From an uncultured bacterium (GTDB taxonomy: Bacteria; Margulisbacteria; WOR-1; CAVSGV01): a stretch of DNA of 32,000 nucleotides. The position numbers and the translations under genes are program-made. The notes beneath the pieces were generated by a model, which saw nothing but the letters and a program-made list of their open reading frames with translations, had not been told where the DNA came from and did not search any database. The DNA is taken from positions 360,001 to 392,000 of the forward strand of contig OY969425.1 in NCBI GenBank assembly GCA_963699255.1, written 5' to 3'. How positions within the stretch are numbered: position 1 is the stretch's first letter; every line of letters begins with the position of its first letter. Positions 1 through 8,591 of this stretch are shown one piece after another.

Positions 1-11
1 ACTGGATAAAT

Positions 12-64
12 AATCCCCTGCTCGCTTCACTCGCACCCCCTTTACTAAAGGGGGTAGGGGGATT
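12..64. repeat. Nested GC-rich stem-loop: inner perfect hairpin CCCCCTTT-ACT-AAAGGGGG (36-54), bracketed by AATCCCC (12-18) and GGGGATT (58-64)
   Basis: The inverted repeats were read directly from the sequence. No U-tract follows on either strand, so this is not a canonical intrinsic terminator. It could be a REP-like element or the 3' structure of an upstream gene outside the window. Confidence 0.4.
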
Positions 65-216
65 AAGTCTGCCCCGCCTTTGCCTGCCCCCAATTTTTAT
101 GTTAACTTGAGATCCTGGGATACTTGACATCCTTTCTCTTTCTACATTTTTAACTCAAATTGTGATAAACTTCAGCCAGTTCAAAGATGATCTTATCTTC
201 TCGAAAGCAGGAATTA

Positions 217-2094
217 ATGAAAAGATGTTGCTTCATTCTGCTGGTGGCTTTGTTGTTGCCATTTGAAGCTTTTTGCGCCACGGGATCGATAGATTCCAGT
301 TACACCTATGATTACAGTCAGCCGCCGGAATTCCAGCCAAGCTTGAACAGCCAGTTCACGGCACTTTCCGCTGGAGTTACGGATATTAATGCGAACCCCG
401 CCGGGCTCATGCGGGTCAATACTTTTGAAGTGGCGGTCGGAATAAGCGGATTCGTTCAGAACCCAATAAAAAGCGATGAGAACAATGTTTACGTTGATGA
501 TGTGAATCTGGGCGGAATAGAGAACTCTCCCAATTCAAGGTCTTATATAAGATTTACGGATGACAGGTCCGCCGTGACCGCTGAGTCGAGGCCGATCACG
601 ATCAACGAGGATTACTCGAAGGGCGGCGGGATCAATTTCTTCGGGACGACATACAGGATGTCGGACTGGCTGGCGTTTTCCGTTAGCAGGAAACGCCCTA
701 CAGCGATCGCTTTTAACTATCAGATGCTTACTCCGATCCTCGTGGATGCCAGGGCGGATTTCAGGGGGGCATCGGTCGAAGCCGGGGGACCGGGTAATTA
801 TATTAATTTCAGGAATGACGGCACTATAGAGGTGGTAATCGGCGGAGTAACGATGGCAACGTCGGAGGTTGCCGCCTGGAGCGGGTTCTTGAGCCAGGGT
901 ACGGGCGAAGTGGATTGGGTGGACGGCACTTTTGACAACTCGATAGTGAACCAGGACGGCATTGTCATTTCTGCCGCGGCAAAGACCGGGCCGATCTCCT
1001 GGGGGCTCAATGTTATGCCCATGACCGTTGACATGCAGCTGAACAATGAGGTCTCTGTTGCGAGCGACAGCGGCAATTCCAATGTGATGTTCTATATACC
1101 GAATTTGGATTTCAGTTCGACATTCGACGCCCTGTCCTGGGTGACATACGAGTGCGGGACCCCAACCGGCTACAGGTCTATCGAGGTGGAGACACGCGCC
1201 GGACAGCAGATCGGCAAAGCGCAGATCGCCGGCAAATATTCCGCGTCCCTGACAAGGATGGACCTGGGGATGCAGTGGGATCCTGCGGACTTTATAAGCG
1301 TCGGCGCCGTATACGAGAACTTCAACGGCGCGACATTGGACCTGAAAGGAGTGGAGGTCATACAGGAAGTGGAGCACTGGGTGGACACATCATCCAGAAT
1401 GCCGACCCTTGAGGGGGCGATCTACTGGGATCCGTTCCTCACCGCGCCGACCCATGAAGTTGAAACGGAGAAGACCATAAGGAACGCCTTGAACTTCCAG
1501 CCGATAGAGCTTCCGAGAAAAATAAAGTTCGGAGCGGCGCTCAAGAAACCGATCATTTTTGCGGTGGATTGGGAGCGGTGGATGAATGAGTATGATTTTT
1601 CAAGCGATCCGGGACATCCGGAAACGGCGCATAACATATCTCTGAGCGATATTTCCTTTGTGAAGATCGGCGCTGAAAGCCGGATCATGGCTCTACCCAT
1701 GATAGTGAGGGGAAGCTTGACCGGAATGCTCAAGCCGACGTCGGATGATAAGGCCACTGAAAACAGCATTGATGACCTGTATAAGAACATTCCGATAGTC
1801 CCGGTGGATGGCAATATTTATTTCGGTTTTGGGGTCATGGACGGGGAGTTCGGGTTCGGAGTCGGCGGCGGAGGGCTGCCTTTAATTCAGGCGCTGATGC
1901 TTGACATGTCGTCGATCACAAAGGTATTCTACGCTAATGTTTATTATACAAAGGGGAACTGGCAGGTCAGCTATCTTATGACGATGGACCCGGTGCTGAC
2001 GGGTTTTTCATCTGACATATCAACGACGGCGGGAGAAGAAAGCAATATAAGGCTGATGCAGACCTCCACTTTAAGCTTAGGGTTTAAATTCTGA
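217..2094 (+). CDS. Outer-membrane beta-barrel protein, FadL/PorV-like, function unknown
   Basis: It has a signal peptide (MKRCCFILLVALLLPFEAFCA) and an early NANPAGL motif of the kind seen near the N-terminus of FadL/PorV-type barrels. The C-terminal strand ends LSLGFKF, with the terminal Phe typical of OMPs. I prefer the start at 217 (AGGA 4 nt upstream) over the ORF-track start at 187, which has no SD. Confidence 0.6.
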   Translation: MKRCCFILLVALLLPFEAFCATGSIDSSYTYDYSQPPEFQPSLNSQFTALSAGVTDINANPAGLMRVNTFEVAVGISGFVQNPIKSDENNVYVDDVNLGGIENSPNSRSYIRFTDDRSAVTAESRPITINEDYSKGGGINFFGTTYRMSDWLAFSVSRKRPTAIAFNYQMLTPILVDARADFRGASVEAGGPGNYINFRNDGTIEVVIGGVTMATSEVAAWSGFLSQGTGEVDWVDGTFDNSIVNQDGIVISAAAKTGPISWGLNVMPMTVDMQLNNEVSVASDSGNSNVMFYIPNLDFSSTFDALSWVTYECGTPTGYRSIEVETRAGQQIGKAQIAGKYSASLTRMDLGMQWDPADFISVGAVYENFNGATLDLKGVEVIQEVEHWVDTSSRMPTLEGAIYWDPFLTAPTHEVETEKTIRNALNFQPIELPRKIKFGAALKKPIIFAVDWERWMNEYDFSSDPGHPETAHNISLSDISFVKIGAESRIMALPMIVRGSLTGMLKPTSDDKATENSIDDLYKNIPIVPVDGNIYFGFGVMDGEFGFGVGGGGLPLIQALMLDMSSITKVFYANVYYTKGNWQVSYLMTMDPVLTGFSSDISTTAGEESNIRLMQTSTLSLGFKF

Positions 2095-2699
2095 TGAAAA
2101 GTAAAATTATAATAGGATTAACTGGGCCGATAGCATCAGGGAAGAGCACTGTTGCTAAAATGTTGAACAGGCGAGGCGCCTGTGTGATCGACGCCGATAA
2201 GGTGGGCCATCAGGTCATAGCGCCGCAGTCGAAGGCCTGGCACGAAATAATAAAGATCTTCGGCTCTAAAGTGTTGAACAGGGGAGGCGCGGTCAACCGG
2301 AGGAAACTCGCCGGGATGGTTTTTTCAAGCCCGGCCGCTTTGAAGAAGTTGAACAGGATCACTCATCCTGAAATGCGAAAGATAATAAGCGGCGAGATCA
2401 ATGCGGCGAAGCTTTCAGACAAAAAATACATCGTTGTAAATGCGGCCATATTGAATGAAATGAAGCTTATACCTCTCGTAGGTAAGGTTGTTGTGGTTTT
2501 GGCCGGCAAAGCGACACGCATAAAGCGTCTGCTTAGAGCGGGATCATCAAAGCGGGATGCGCTTGCCAGGATAAGGGCCCAGGTTCCCGATGCGCGGTAC
2601 AGGAAAATAGCCGACTTTGTCATTGTGAACGATACAAACACGGAAGACCTTAAACAAAAGGTGAAAAGGATACTTGAAGAATTGAGATCCTGCGACTGA
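2094..2699 (+). CDS. coaE: Dephospho-CoA kinase
   Basis: It has an N-terminal P-loop (GLTGPIASGKST), a DADKVGH block, and a length of about 200 aa. The start overlaps the upstream stop (TGATG). Confidence 0.9.
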   Translation: MKSKIIIGLTGPIASGKSTVAKMLNRRGACVIDADKVGHQVIAPQSKAWHEIIKIFGSKVLNRGGAVNRRKLAGMVFSSPAALKKLNRITHPEMRKIISGEINAAKLSDKKYIVVNAAILNEMKLIPLVGKVVVVLAGKATRIKRLLRAGSSKRDALARIRAQVPDARYRKIADFVIVNDTNTEDLKQKVKRILEELRSCD

Positions 2700-2836
2700 A
2701 CCTGCCCGCAATGCTAGCCCGCCCGCCAGCCGAGCAAGGCGAGGCGGCCAGGGCGCGTGCGTTGCAGGCGGGTGTCGCGGCTCCAATAAAGTATATGCGT
2801 GTGGCTAAATCAGAGTATAACCATGAAAAATAAAAC

Positions 2837-2864
2837 GGAGCCGAGGCGTTTAGCCTCAGGCTCC
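2837..2864 (+). promoter_or_regulatory. Strong stem-loop (GGAGCCGAGGC-GTTTA-GCCTCaGGCTCC) directly abutting the uvrB Shine-Dalgarno
   Basis: An 11-bp stem with one bulge was read from the sequence. Its 3' arm is followed by tAGGAG (SD, 2866-2870) and the TTG start at 2876. GCTCCTAGGAGC is itself a perfect palindrome, so the SD can pair with the 3' arm. It could be a coaE terminator or a translational control element. Confidence 0.4.
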
Positions 2865-2875
2865 TAGGAGCTTCT

Positions 2876-4843
2876 TTGAGCAATTTCAAGATAGTATCGG
2901 ATTATAAGCCGTCCGGCGATCAGCCGAAAGCGATAAAGGAGCTTTCCGAAGGTCTCCTGGCCGGAGAGAAAGAGCAGACGCTGCTGGGCGTCACCGGATC
3001 GGGGAAAACGTTCACTATCGCGAACGTGATCGAGCGCGTGCAGAGGCCGACTCTTGTCATATCGCACAATAAGACCCTCGCCGCTCAGCTGTGCCAGGAG
3101 TTCAGGAGCTATTTTCCGAACAATGCCGTGGAGTATTTCGTTTCTTTCTATGATTATTACCAGCCCGAGGCATATATCCCTACCACGGATACATATATTG
3201 AAAAAGATTCCGCCATAAACGAAGAGATCGACCGGTTGAGGCATTCGGCCACGATGTCCCTTTTTGAGAGACGCGACGTCATCGTCATCGCTTCGGTGTC
3301 ATGCATATACGGGCTCGGCACTCCAGCTGATTACTTGAAAGCCATGCTTCACCTGCAGGTCGGGGAAACCCATAAAAGGGAAGATATTCTCCGGCAACTT
3401 GTCGAGATGAAGTATGAGAGGAACGATGTGGACCTGACCAGGGGGCGTTTCAGGGTGAGGGGAAATGTGGTTGAGATCTGTCCCGCATACGAGAAAAACA
3501 TCCTACGGCTCGAAATATTCGAAGATGTTCTTGAAAAGATATATGAGCTGGACCCTGTGACTGGCGAGGTGCTCAGCAAAAAAGAAAGCATCGGAATATA
3601 TCCCGGGACCCATTACGTTACGTTCAGGGACAGGCTTGACGGCACCATCGAGTCAATCAAGAAGGAGCTTGAGCTGCGCCTGGCCGAGCTGAACGCCCAG
3701 AATAAGCTTCTGGAGGCTCAGAGACTTGAACAGAGGACAAAGTATGACATTGAAATGATAACGGAGATGGGATACTGCAGCGGCATTGAGAACTATTCCA
3801 GGCACCTTGACGGAAGGGCTCCGGGGCAGCCGCCGGGGACGCTTCTTGATTATTTTCCAAAGGACTTTCTGATGATAATTGACGAGTCCCACGTTACGCT
3901 TCCACAGGTCAGGGGAATGTACGAAGGGGACAAGGCGAGGAAGAAAGTCCTTGTTGAATATGGTTTCAGGCTGCCCTCAGCTTTGGACAACAGGCCGCTT
4001 AACTTTAATGAATTCAGCCGGCACATAAACCAGGTCATATATGTTTCCGCTACGCCCTCTCCTTATGAGATCCAGAGGTCGTCAAGGGTCGTTGAACAGA
4101 TAATCAGGCCGACGGGACTTATCGATCCGGAGGTCGTTGTAAAGCCCACAAAGGGGCAGATGGATGACCTGCTTGCGGAGATAAAGACCGTGATAAAAAG
4201 GAAAGAAAGGGTGCTTGTCACGACGCTTACGAAAAGGATGGCTGAGGACATCGCGGAATTCATGAGCGAGAAAGGGTTGAAGGTAAGATACCTGCACTCG
4301 GATGTGGAAACGCTCGACAGGATCGATATCCTGAGAGGGCTAAGGCTTGGGGAATTCGACGTCCTTGTGGGGATAAACCTTCTCCGCGAAGGACTTGATT
4401 TGCCAGAAGTTTCCCTTGTTGCTATACTTGATGCGGATAAAGAAGGGTTTCTCAGGGCTGAAACGTCCCTGATACAGACGATCGGCAGGGCCGCGAGGAA
4501 TATATCGGGAAGGGTCATTCTTTACGGCGATGAGATCACACGATCGATGAGCAAGGCCCTGCTCGAGACGAACAGGCGCAGAAAGATCCAGCTTGAATAC
4601 AATAAGAAGCATGGGATCAAGCCCAAGACCATCGTGAAAGATATCAAGGACATAAACGAGAATATCAGACTTGTGAAGAAGGAAGAAATCAATAAACTTA
4701 AGCAGTTCGTTCCGAAGGATGAGCTGCCCGGACTGATAAGGATAATGGAAGAGGACATGCTGGCTGCCGCTACGGCGCTTGAGTTCGAGAGAGCGGCGGA
4801 GATAAGGGACAAGATATCCGCGTTGAAGGAGGCATTTAAATGA
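2876..4843 (+). CDS. uvrB: Excinuclease ABC subunit B
   Basis: It has a Walker A motif ([10 protein letters not shown]), the YDYYQPEAY block, helicase motifs ([14 protein letters not shown]) and a C-terminal UVR domain ([12 protein letters not shown]). It uses a TTG start with an AGGAG SD 5 nt upstream. Confidence 0.97.
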   Translation: MSNFKIVSDYKPSGDQPKAIKELSEGLLAGEKEQTLLGVTGSGKTFTIANVIERVQRPTLVISHNKTLAAQLCQEFRSYFPNNAVEYFVSFYDYYQPEAYIPTTDTYIEKDSAINEEIDRLRHSATMSLFERRDVIVIASVSCIYGLGTPADYLKAMLHLQVGETHKREDILRQLVEMKYERNDVDLTRGRFRVRGNVVEICPAYEKNILRLEIFEDVLEKIYELDPVTGEVLSKKESIGIYPGTHYVTFRDRLDGTIESIKKELELRLAELNAQNKLLEAQRLEQRTKYDIEMITEMGYCSGIENYSRHLDGRAPGQPPGTLLDYFPKDFLMIIDESHVTLPQVRGMYEGDKARKKVLVEYGFRLPSALDNRPLNFNEFSRHINQVIYVSATPSPYEIQRSSRVVEQIIRPTGLIDPEVVVKPTKGQMDDLLAEIKTVIKRKERVLVTTLTKRMAEDIAEFMSEKGLKVRYLHSDVETLDRIDILRGLRLGEFDVLVGINLLREGLDLPEVSLVAILDADKEGFLRAETSLIQTIGRAARNISGRVILYGDEITRSMSKALLETNRRRKIQLEYNKKHGIKPKTIVKDIKDINENIRLVKKEEINKLKQFVPKDELPGLIRIMEEDMLAAATALEFERAAEIRDKISALKEAFK

Positions 4844-5721
4844 CCGATTTTGGAATGGTTATAACGGCAATGGTTTCGCCATTTAAGCCGGACGGCTCAA
4901 TGGACTATAAAAGGGCCGCGGAGCTGGCCAATTACCTGGCTGAGAACGGTTCAGATGGCGTTGTTGTTCATGGCACTACAGGGGAATCTCCGACCCTTAC
5001 TCATGAAGAAGAGTACGAGCTTTACCGGGTCGTGAAAAAAGCCGTCGGCGGAAAGATCAAAGTGATCGCCGGAACAGGATCGAATTCAACCGCGACCTCC
5101 ATCAAATCGACCAGGGAAGCCGAGAAAATAGGCGTGGACGGGCTGATGATAGTTGTCCCTTATTACAATAAACCGTCGCAGGAAGGGATGTACCAGCATT
5201 TCAAAGCCGTTGCGCGGTCAACCGGCCTGCCGATCATTATTTATAATATCATTGGGCGGACCGGTGTTAATATGACGGCCGATACCGTGGCGCGACTTGC
5301 AGAAATAAAAAACATCGCCGGAATAAAAGAGGCAAGCGGGATAATGGAACAGGTCTCGGAGATCAGGCAGAAAACCCCGAAAGAGTTCATGATATACAGC
5401 GGGGACGACGATAAAACAATGGAAATAATGAAAAGGGGTGGATGCGGGATCATAAGCGTAGCTTCCCACATTGCCGGCAAAGAGATAAAAAAAATGTGCG
5501 AGGCTTACCGGTCGGGCAGGATCGATGAGGCCGAAAAAATAAACGCAAGGCTTTCTCCTTTGTTCAAAGTGCTTTTCATAACGTCTAACCCGACTCCTGT
5601 AAAAGCCGCGCTTGCGATGATAGGCCAGCCTGTGGGAGGCCTTCGTCTGCCTCTGATCGAGGCGAACGAATCCGAAAAGGCGCAGATCAGGCAGGTTTTA
5701 AAAGACCTAAAGCTTATATGA
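4840..5721 (+). CDS. dapA: 4-hydroxy-tetrahydrodipicolinate synthase
   Basis: It carries the DHDPS family blocks [17 protein letters not shown] and IAGIKEAS (Schiff-base Lys). There is an ATGA overlap with the uvrB stop. Confidence 0.95.
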   Translation: MTDFGMVITAMVSPFKPDGSMDYKRAAELANYLAENGSDGVVVHGTTGESPTLTHEEEYELYRVVKKAVGGKIKVIAGTGSNSTATSIKSTREAEKIGVDGLMIVVPYYNKPSQEGMYQHFKAVARSTGLPIIIYNIIGRTGVNMTADTVARLAEIKNIAGIKEASGIMEQVSEIRQKTPKEFMIYSGDDDKTMEIMKRGGCGIISVASHIAGKEIKKMCEAYRSGRIDEAEKINARLSPLFKVLFITSNPTPVKAALAMIGQPVGGLRLPLIEANESEKAQIRQVLKDLKLI

Positions 5722-6266
5722 AAAAGGTCCTTCTTCACACCTGTTGCGCCCCGTGCTTATCTGGAGCAAATCAGGCTTTCGCGAAAGAAGATCTTGATGT
5801 GACCGGATATTTTTACAATCCGAACATTCATCCGAAGGTCGAGCTTGATAAACGTATTGAAGCTTTGCGCATTTATTCGGATATAAAGAAGTTCAATGCG
5901 ATAATCATAGACAGCTATGACCTTGAATTATTCAAAAGTGATGTTGTCGATCGGGCTGGCGAGAGGTGCTTTAACTGTTACAGATTTCGTCTTAACGCGG
6001 CCGCTGATTATGCCGGCCGGAATGGGTTCGATTGTTTTTCCACCACGCTCTTGATCAGTCCCTATCAGAAACACGATTTGGTGAGGGCTGCCGGCGAAGA
6101 GGTATCAAAACAATATGGGATGGAATTTTATTACAGAGATATGACACCTTTTTACCAGGAGTCGATCAGGATATCAAAAGCTATGGGGCTTTACAGGCAG
6201 AGATATTGCGGCTGTTATATTAGCAAGGAGATCAAAAATGAGCAAGTTGCTGTCGCTTCTATGTAA
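5718..6266 (+). CDS. queH: Epoxyqueuosine reductase QueH (DUF208)
   Basis: It shows the characteristic cysteine pattern LLHTCCAPC, CFNCYRFRL and QRYCGC. It also has the FYNPNIHP block, at about 180 aa. Confidence 0.85.
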   Translation: MKKVLLHTCCAPCLSGANQAFAKEDLDVTGYFYNPNIHPKVELDKRIEALRIYSDIKKFNAIIIDSYDLELFKSDVVDRAGERCFNCYRFRLNAAADYAGRNGFDCFSTTLLISPYQKHDLVRAAGEEVSKQYGMEFYYRDMTPFYQESIRISKAMGLYRQRYCGCYISKEIKNEQVAVASM

Positions 6267-6885
6267 GGAGCCTTTGACCCTCATTGTAAGGCTTTCCGAT
6301 ACTTCGGTGGAAATGGCAAGAGCTGCTGAAGAAGGCGGGGCTGATGCCGTTTGCGCTGATTTTTCAGGGGGTAAGGATACGGTCGAACAAATAATTGGAT
6401 CGGTGAAGGTTCCCGTCGGGATATCGGTGGAAGAAAATGCTTTAACAGATGCTGACATTAAACAATTTCAGAAGATCGGTCTTGATTTCATTGATTTTCC
6501 TTTGGGAGGCATCCCGGAGAGCGTGCTTAAGTCGGGCGGTTTCGGGAGGATCCTGGTTCTCGGCCCGGATTACGACGCTCTTGACCTGACCAGATTATCG
6601 GATAAACCGATCGACGGCTTGGATGCCGCGATAACCCTGAAAGAAGAATGGGGAAAGGCCCTTACAGTTGGCGATATTCAACAGCTGATCACGATCACTA
6701 TGTCGACCACGCTTCCCGTCATAGTCCCCACCCAAAAGACCATAAGGGCGAGCGAAGTACCCATTATATGGGATACCGGTGCGAAGGGGATAATGATAGG
6801 GGAAACTGTAACAGGTGGGACGCCCGCCTCACTGAAAGCCGTAACCAAGGAGTTCAGATCGGCGATAGAGGCACTTAAAGAATGA
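6238..6885 (+). CDS. Uncharacterised protein, possibly a ribulose-phosphate-binding (NanE/ThiE-like) TIM barrel
   Basis: A strong SD (AAGGAG 8 nt upstream) supports the start, which overlaps queH by 29 nt. There is only loose resemblance to NanE-type barrels (ARAAEEGGADAV..., LPVIV...GAKGIMIGETVTG). The function is not established. Confidence 0.55.
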   Translation: MSKLLSLLCKEPLTLIVRLSDTSVEMARAAEEGGADAVCADFSGGKDTVEQIIGSVKVPVGISVEENALTDADIKQFQKIGLDFIDFPLGGIPESVLKSGGFGRILVLGPDYDALDLTRLSDKPIDGLDAAITLKEEWGKALTVGDIQQLITITMSTTLPVIVPTQKTIRASEVPIIWDTGAKGIMIGETVTGGTPASLKAVTKEFRSAIEALKE

Positions 6886-7628
6886 AAAGAGTATTATCCT
6901 TATTCGTAATATTCTTTGTTTCATTACAGATAACATGTTACTCTGCCAGGTTCTCTTTCGCTGTTTTCGGGGACAACAGGGACGGAGATGCCTCCTTCAT
7001 GAAGATCATACAAATGGTGAACAATGACAGTGATATTAAATTCGCGATCAACACGGGTGACTTGACCCCTAACGGCTCAAATTCTGAATACGATAAATAC
7101 TGGCAGATGTGCAGATCCTGCCGTGTAAAGATATATGATGTCATCGGCAACCATGACCTTGGTTTTTTAAGCGGCGGGCTGAATATCTTCAAGAAGAAAT
7201 ACGGGGAGACTTATTATTATTTTGATCGCGACAACGTTAGATTCATTATTCTCGACAATTCCAGAACAATAGGCATGGGCAAAAAGCAATTCGATTGGCT
7301 TAAAGGGATCCTGGATACAAAAAAAACAAAGCTGGTATTTATCCATAAGCCGCTGTTCGATCCTACGGGCACGTATCCGGCGCACGTAATGACGCCTTGG
7401 ACGGAGAATAAAGAACTGGAAAAATTGTTGGTAAAAGAACGAGTAAGTTATTTGTTTGCCGGCCATATTCACGGCTATGGCAGGGAGGAGAAGGATGGGG
7501 TGATATATGTCGTCACCGCCGGCGCCGGAGCTCCGCTTTATTTGCCGTCCTTTGGCGGCGGATACTTCCATTATGTAAAGGTTACAGTCGACGGATCTAA
7601 AATAACCGATGAGGTGGTTAAAATATAA
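6882..7628 (+). CDS. Secreted calcineurin-like metallophosphoesterase
   Basis: It has a signal peptide (MKRVLSLFVIFFVSLQITCYSA). The metallophosphoesterase motifs GDNRDG, TGDLTPNG, GNHD and GHIHGY are present. Confidence 0.85.
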   Translation: MKRVLSLFVIFFVSLQITCYSARFSFAVFGDNRDGDASFMKIIQMVNNDSDIKFAINTGDLTPNGSNSEYDKYWQMCRSCRVKIYDVIGNHDLGFLSGGLNIFKKKYGETYYYFDRDNVRFIILDNSRTIGMGKKQFDWLKGILDTKKTKLVFIHKPLFDPTGTYPAHVMTPWTENKELEKLLVKERVSYLFAGHIHGYGREEKDGVIYVVTAGAGAPLYLPSFGGGYFHYVKVTVDGSKITDEVVKI

Positions 7629-8477
7629 ATGGCTAAGTTTATTAAATGGTTTTTGGTGTTTGTTTCTTTAACGGTAATATCAAACGCCGCGTTTGCCGCT
7701 GATAAGCCGTTAGTTTCTGTCGTTAAGGGCACAAGCATCGAAGCATCAGTAAGAAAAGCGATCGATCTTATCGGCGGCATGTCCGGCAAGGTAAAGAAAA
7801 ATGACAGGGTCATAATCAAGGTCTCGCTTGATGAAGCAAAACCTTCCGGATCGGGTCTTGTCACCAACGTTGAAGTGGTAAGGGCGATCGTAAAGATCGT
7901 CAAGGAAGCTGGGGCAAGGCGGATCACTATCGCGGACGGCTCTCTAAAGGCCAACACCTGGAAAGCGTTCGAAGCCGCCGGGTACGATAAAATGGCGAAA
8001 GAAGAAGGCGTTGTCCTTAAGGATATGAACTCGGACTATATATGGAGGGCGTGGCTTCCCGAAGGTGACTATCAATATAAAAAATACAGCGTATCTTTAA
8101 TGGTCCTTAACTGTGAAGTGTTCATAAATGTTCCTGTCGTCAAGCTTGCTGATGAGGCTTCCCCCTCGCTCTCTTTGAAGAACCTTTTGGGGATCATGTC
8201 TGATAGATGGGTAAAGAGGCGTCTCCCTACAGCGGAAGCGCTGGATGATCTCATAGTTGACATGAACTCGGTAAGGCAAAGCGACCTTGTGGTGATCGAC
8301 GGAACGGATTATGGCAACATGATAATTGCCGGCGATAACCCCGTTTCCACCGACAGCGTTGCTCTGAGGATGCTGAAGCTTGATCCGGATAGGATAGGTT
8401 ACATTAAACTTGCGGAGAGCAGGGGATTAGGAAAAAGCAGCGCTTCGCAAATCGAAGTAAAAAGCGAAAAGTTGTAG
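7629..8477 (+). CDS. Secreted DUF362-family protein
   Basis: It has a signal peptide (…ISNAAFAADKP). DUF362-like blocks are present (DRVIIKVSL…GLVTNVEVVRAIVKIVKEAGARRITIADGS; INVPVVKLAD…SLKNLLG; LVVIDG). The ATG immediately follows the upstream TAA. Confidence 0.6.
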   Translation: MAKFIKWFLVFVSLTVISNAAFAADKPLVSVVKGTSIEASVRKAIDLIGGMSGKVKKNDRVIIKVSLDEAKPSGSGLVTNVEVVRAIVKIVKEAGARRITIADGSLKANTWKAFEAAGYDKMAKEEGVVLKDMNSDYIWRAWLPEGDYQYKKYSVSLMVLNCEVFINVPVVKLADEASPSLSLKNLLGIMSDRWVKRRLPTAEALDDLIVDMNSVRQSDLVVIDGTDYGNMIIAGDNPVSTDSVALRMLKLDPDRIGYIKLAESRGLGKSSASQIEVKSEKL

Positions 8478-8540
8478 TAATATCCGCAAAAAGCTTGATT
8501 TCTAATAATTCAATTAACACCACCCAAAACATGCAAGTAT

Positions 8541-8569
8541 TTGCCGATTTATCTCGATAAATATATATA
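8541..8569 (+). promoter_or_regulatory. Sigma70-like promoter TTGCCG-17 nt-TATATA for the 8592 gene
   Basis: The hexamers and 17-nt spacing were read from the sequence. An AAGGAG SD lies at 8577-8582, 9 nt before the TTG at 8592. Confidence 0.45.
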
Positions 8570-8591
8570 GGTAGAAAAGGAGATAAATTCA

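Noticed and set aside
535-1377. A 280-aa ORF lies on the minus strand inside the OMP gene.
   Set aside because: It is entirely antisense to a well-supported gene. It is Arg/Pro/His/Gly-rich and low-complexity, typical of a shadow ORF, and has no SD.
2700-2875. I considered whether the spacer encodes 6S RNA, SRP RNA or another known small RNA.
   Set aside because: I could not find the SRP domain IV consensus or the end-to-end pairing with a central bubble expected of 6S RNA. I cannot run covariance models, so it is left as an unexplained structured region in the findings.
2547-2889. Two 79-aa minus-strand ORFs span the GC-rich coaE-uvrB spacer.
   Set aside because: They are Ala/Arg/Pro-rich translations of a GC-rich stretch. 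They overlap the coaE 3' end and the uvrB start, and have no SD. The region is more plausibly non-coding and structured.
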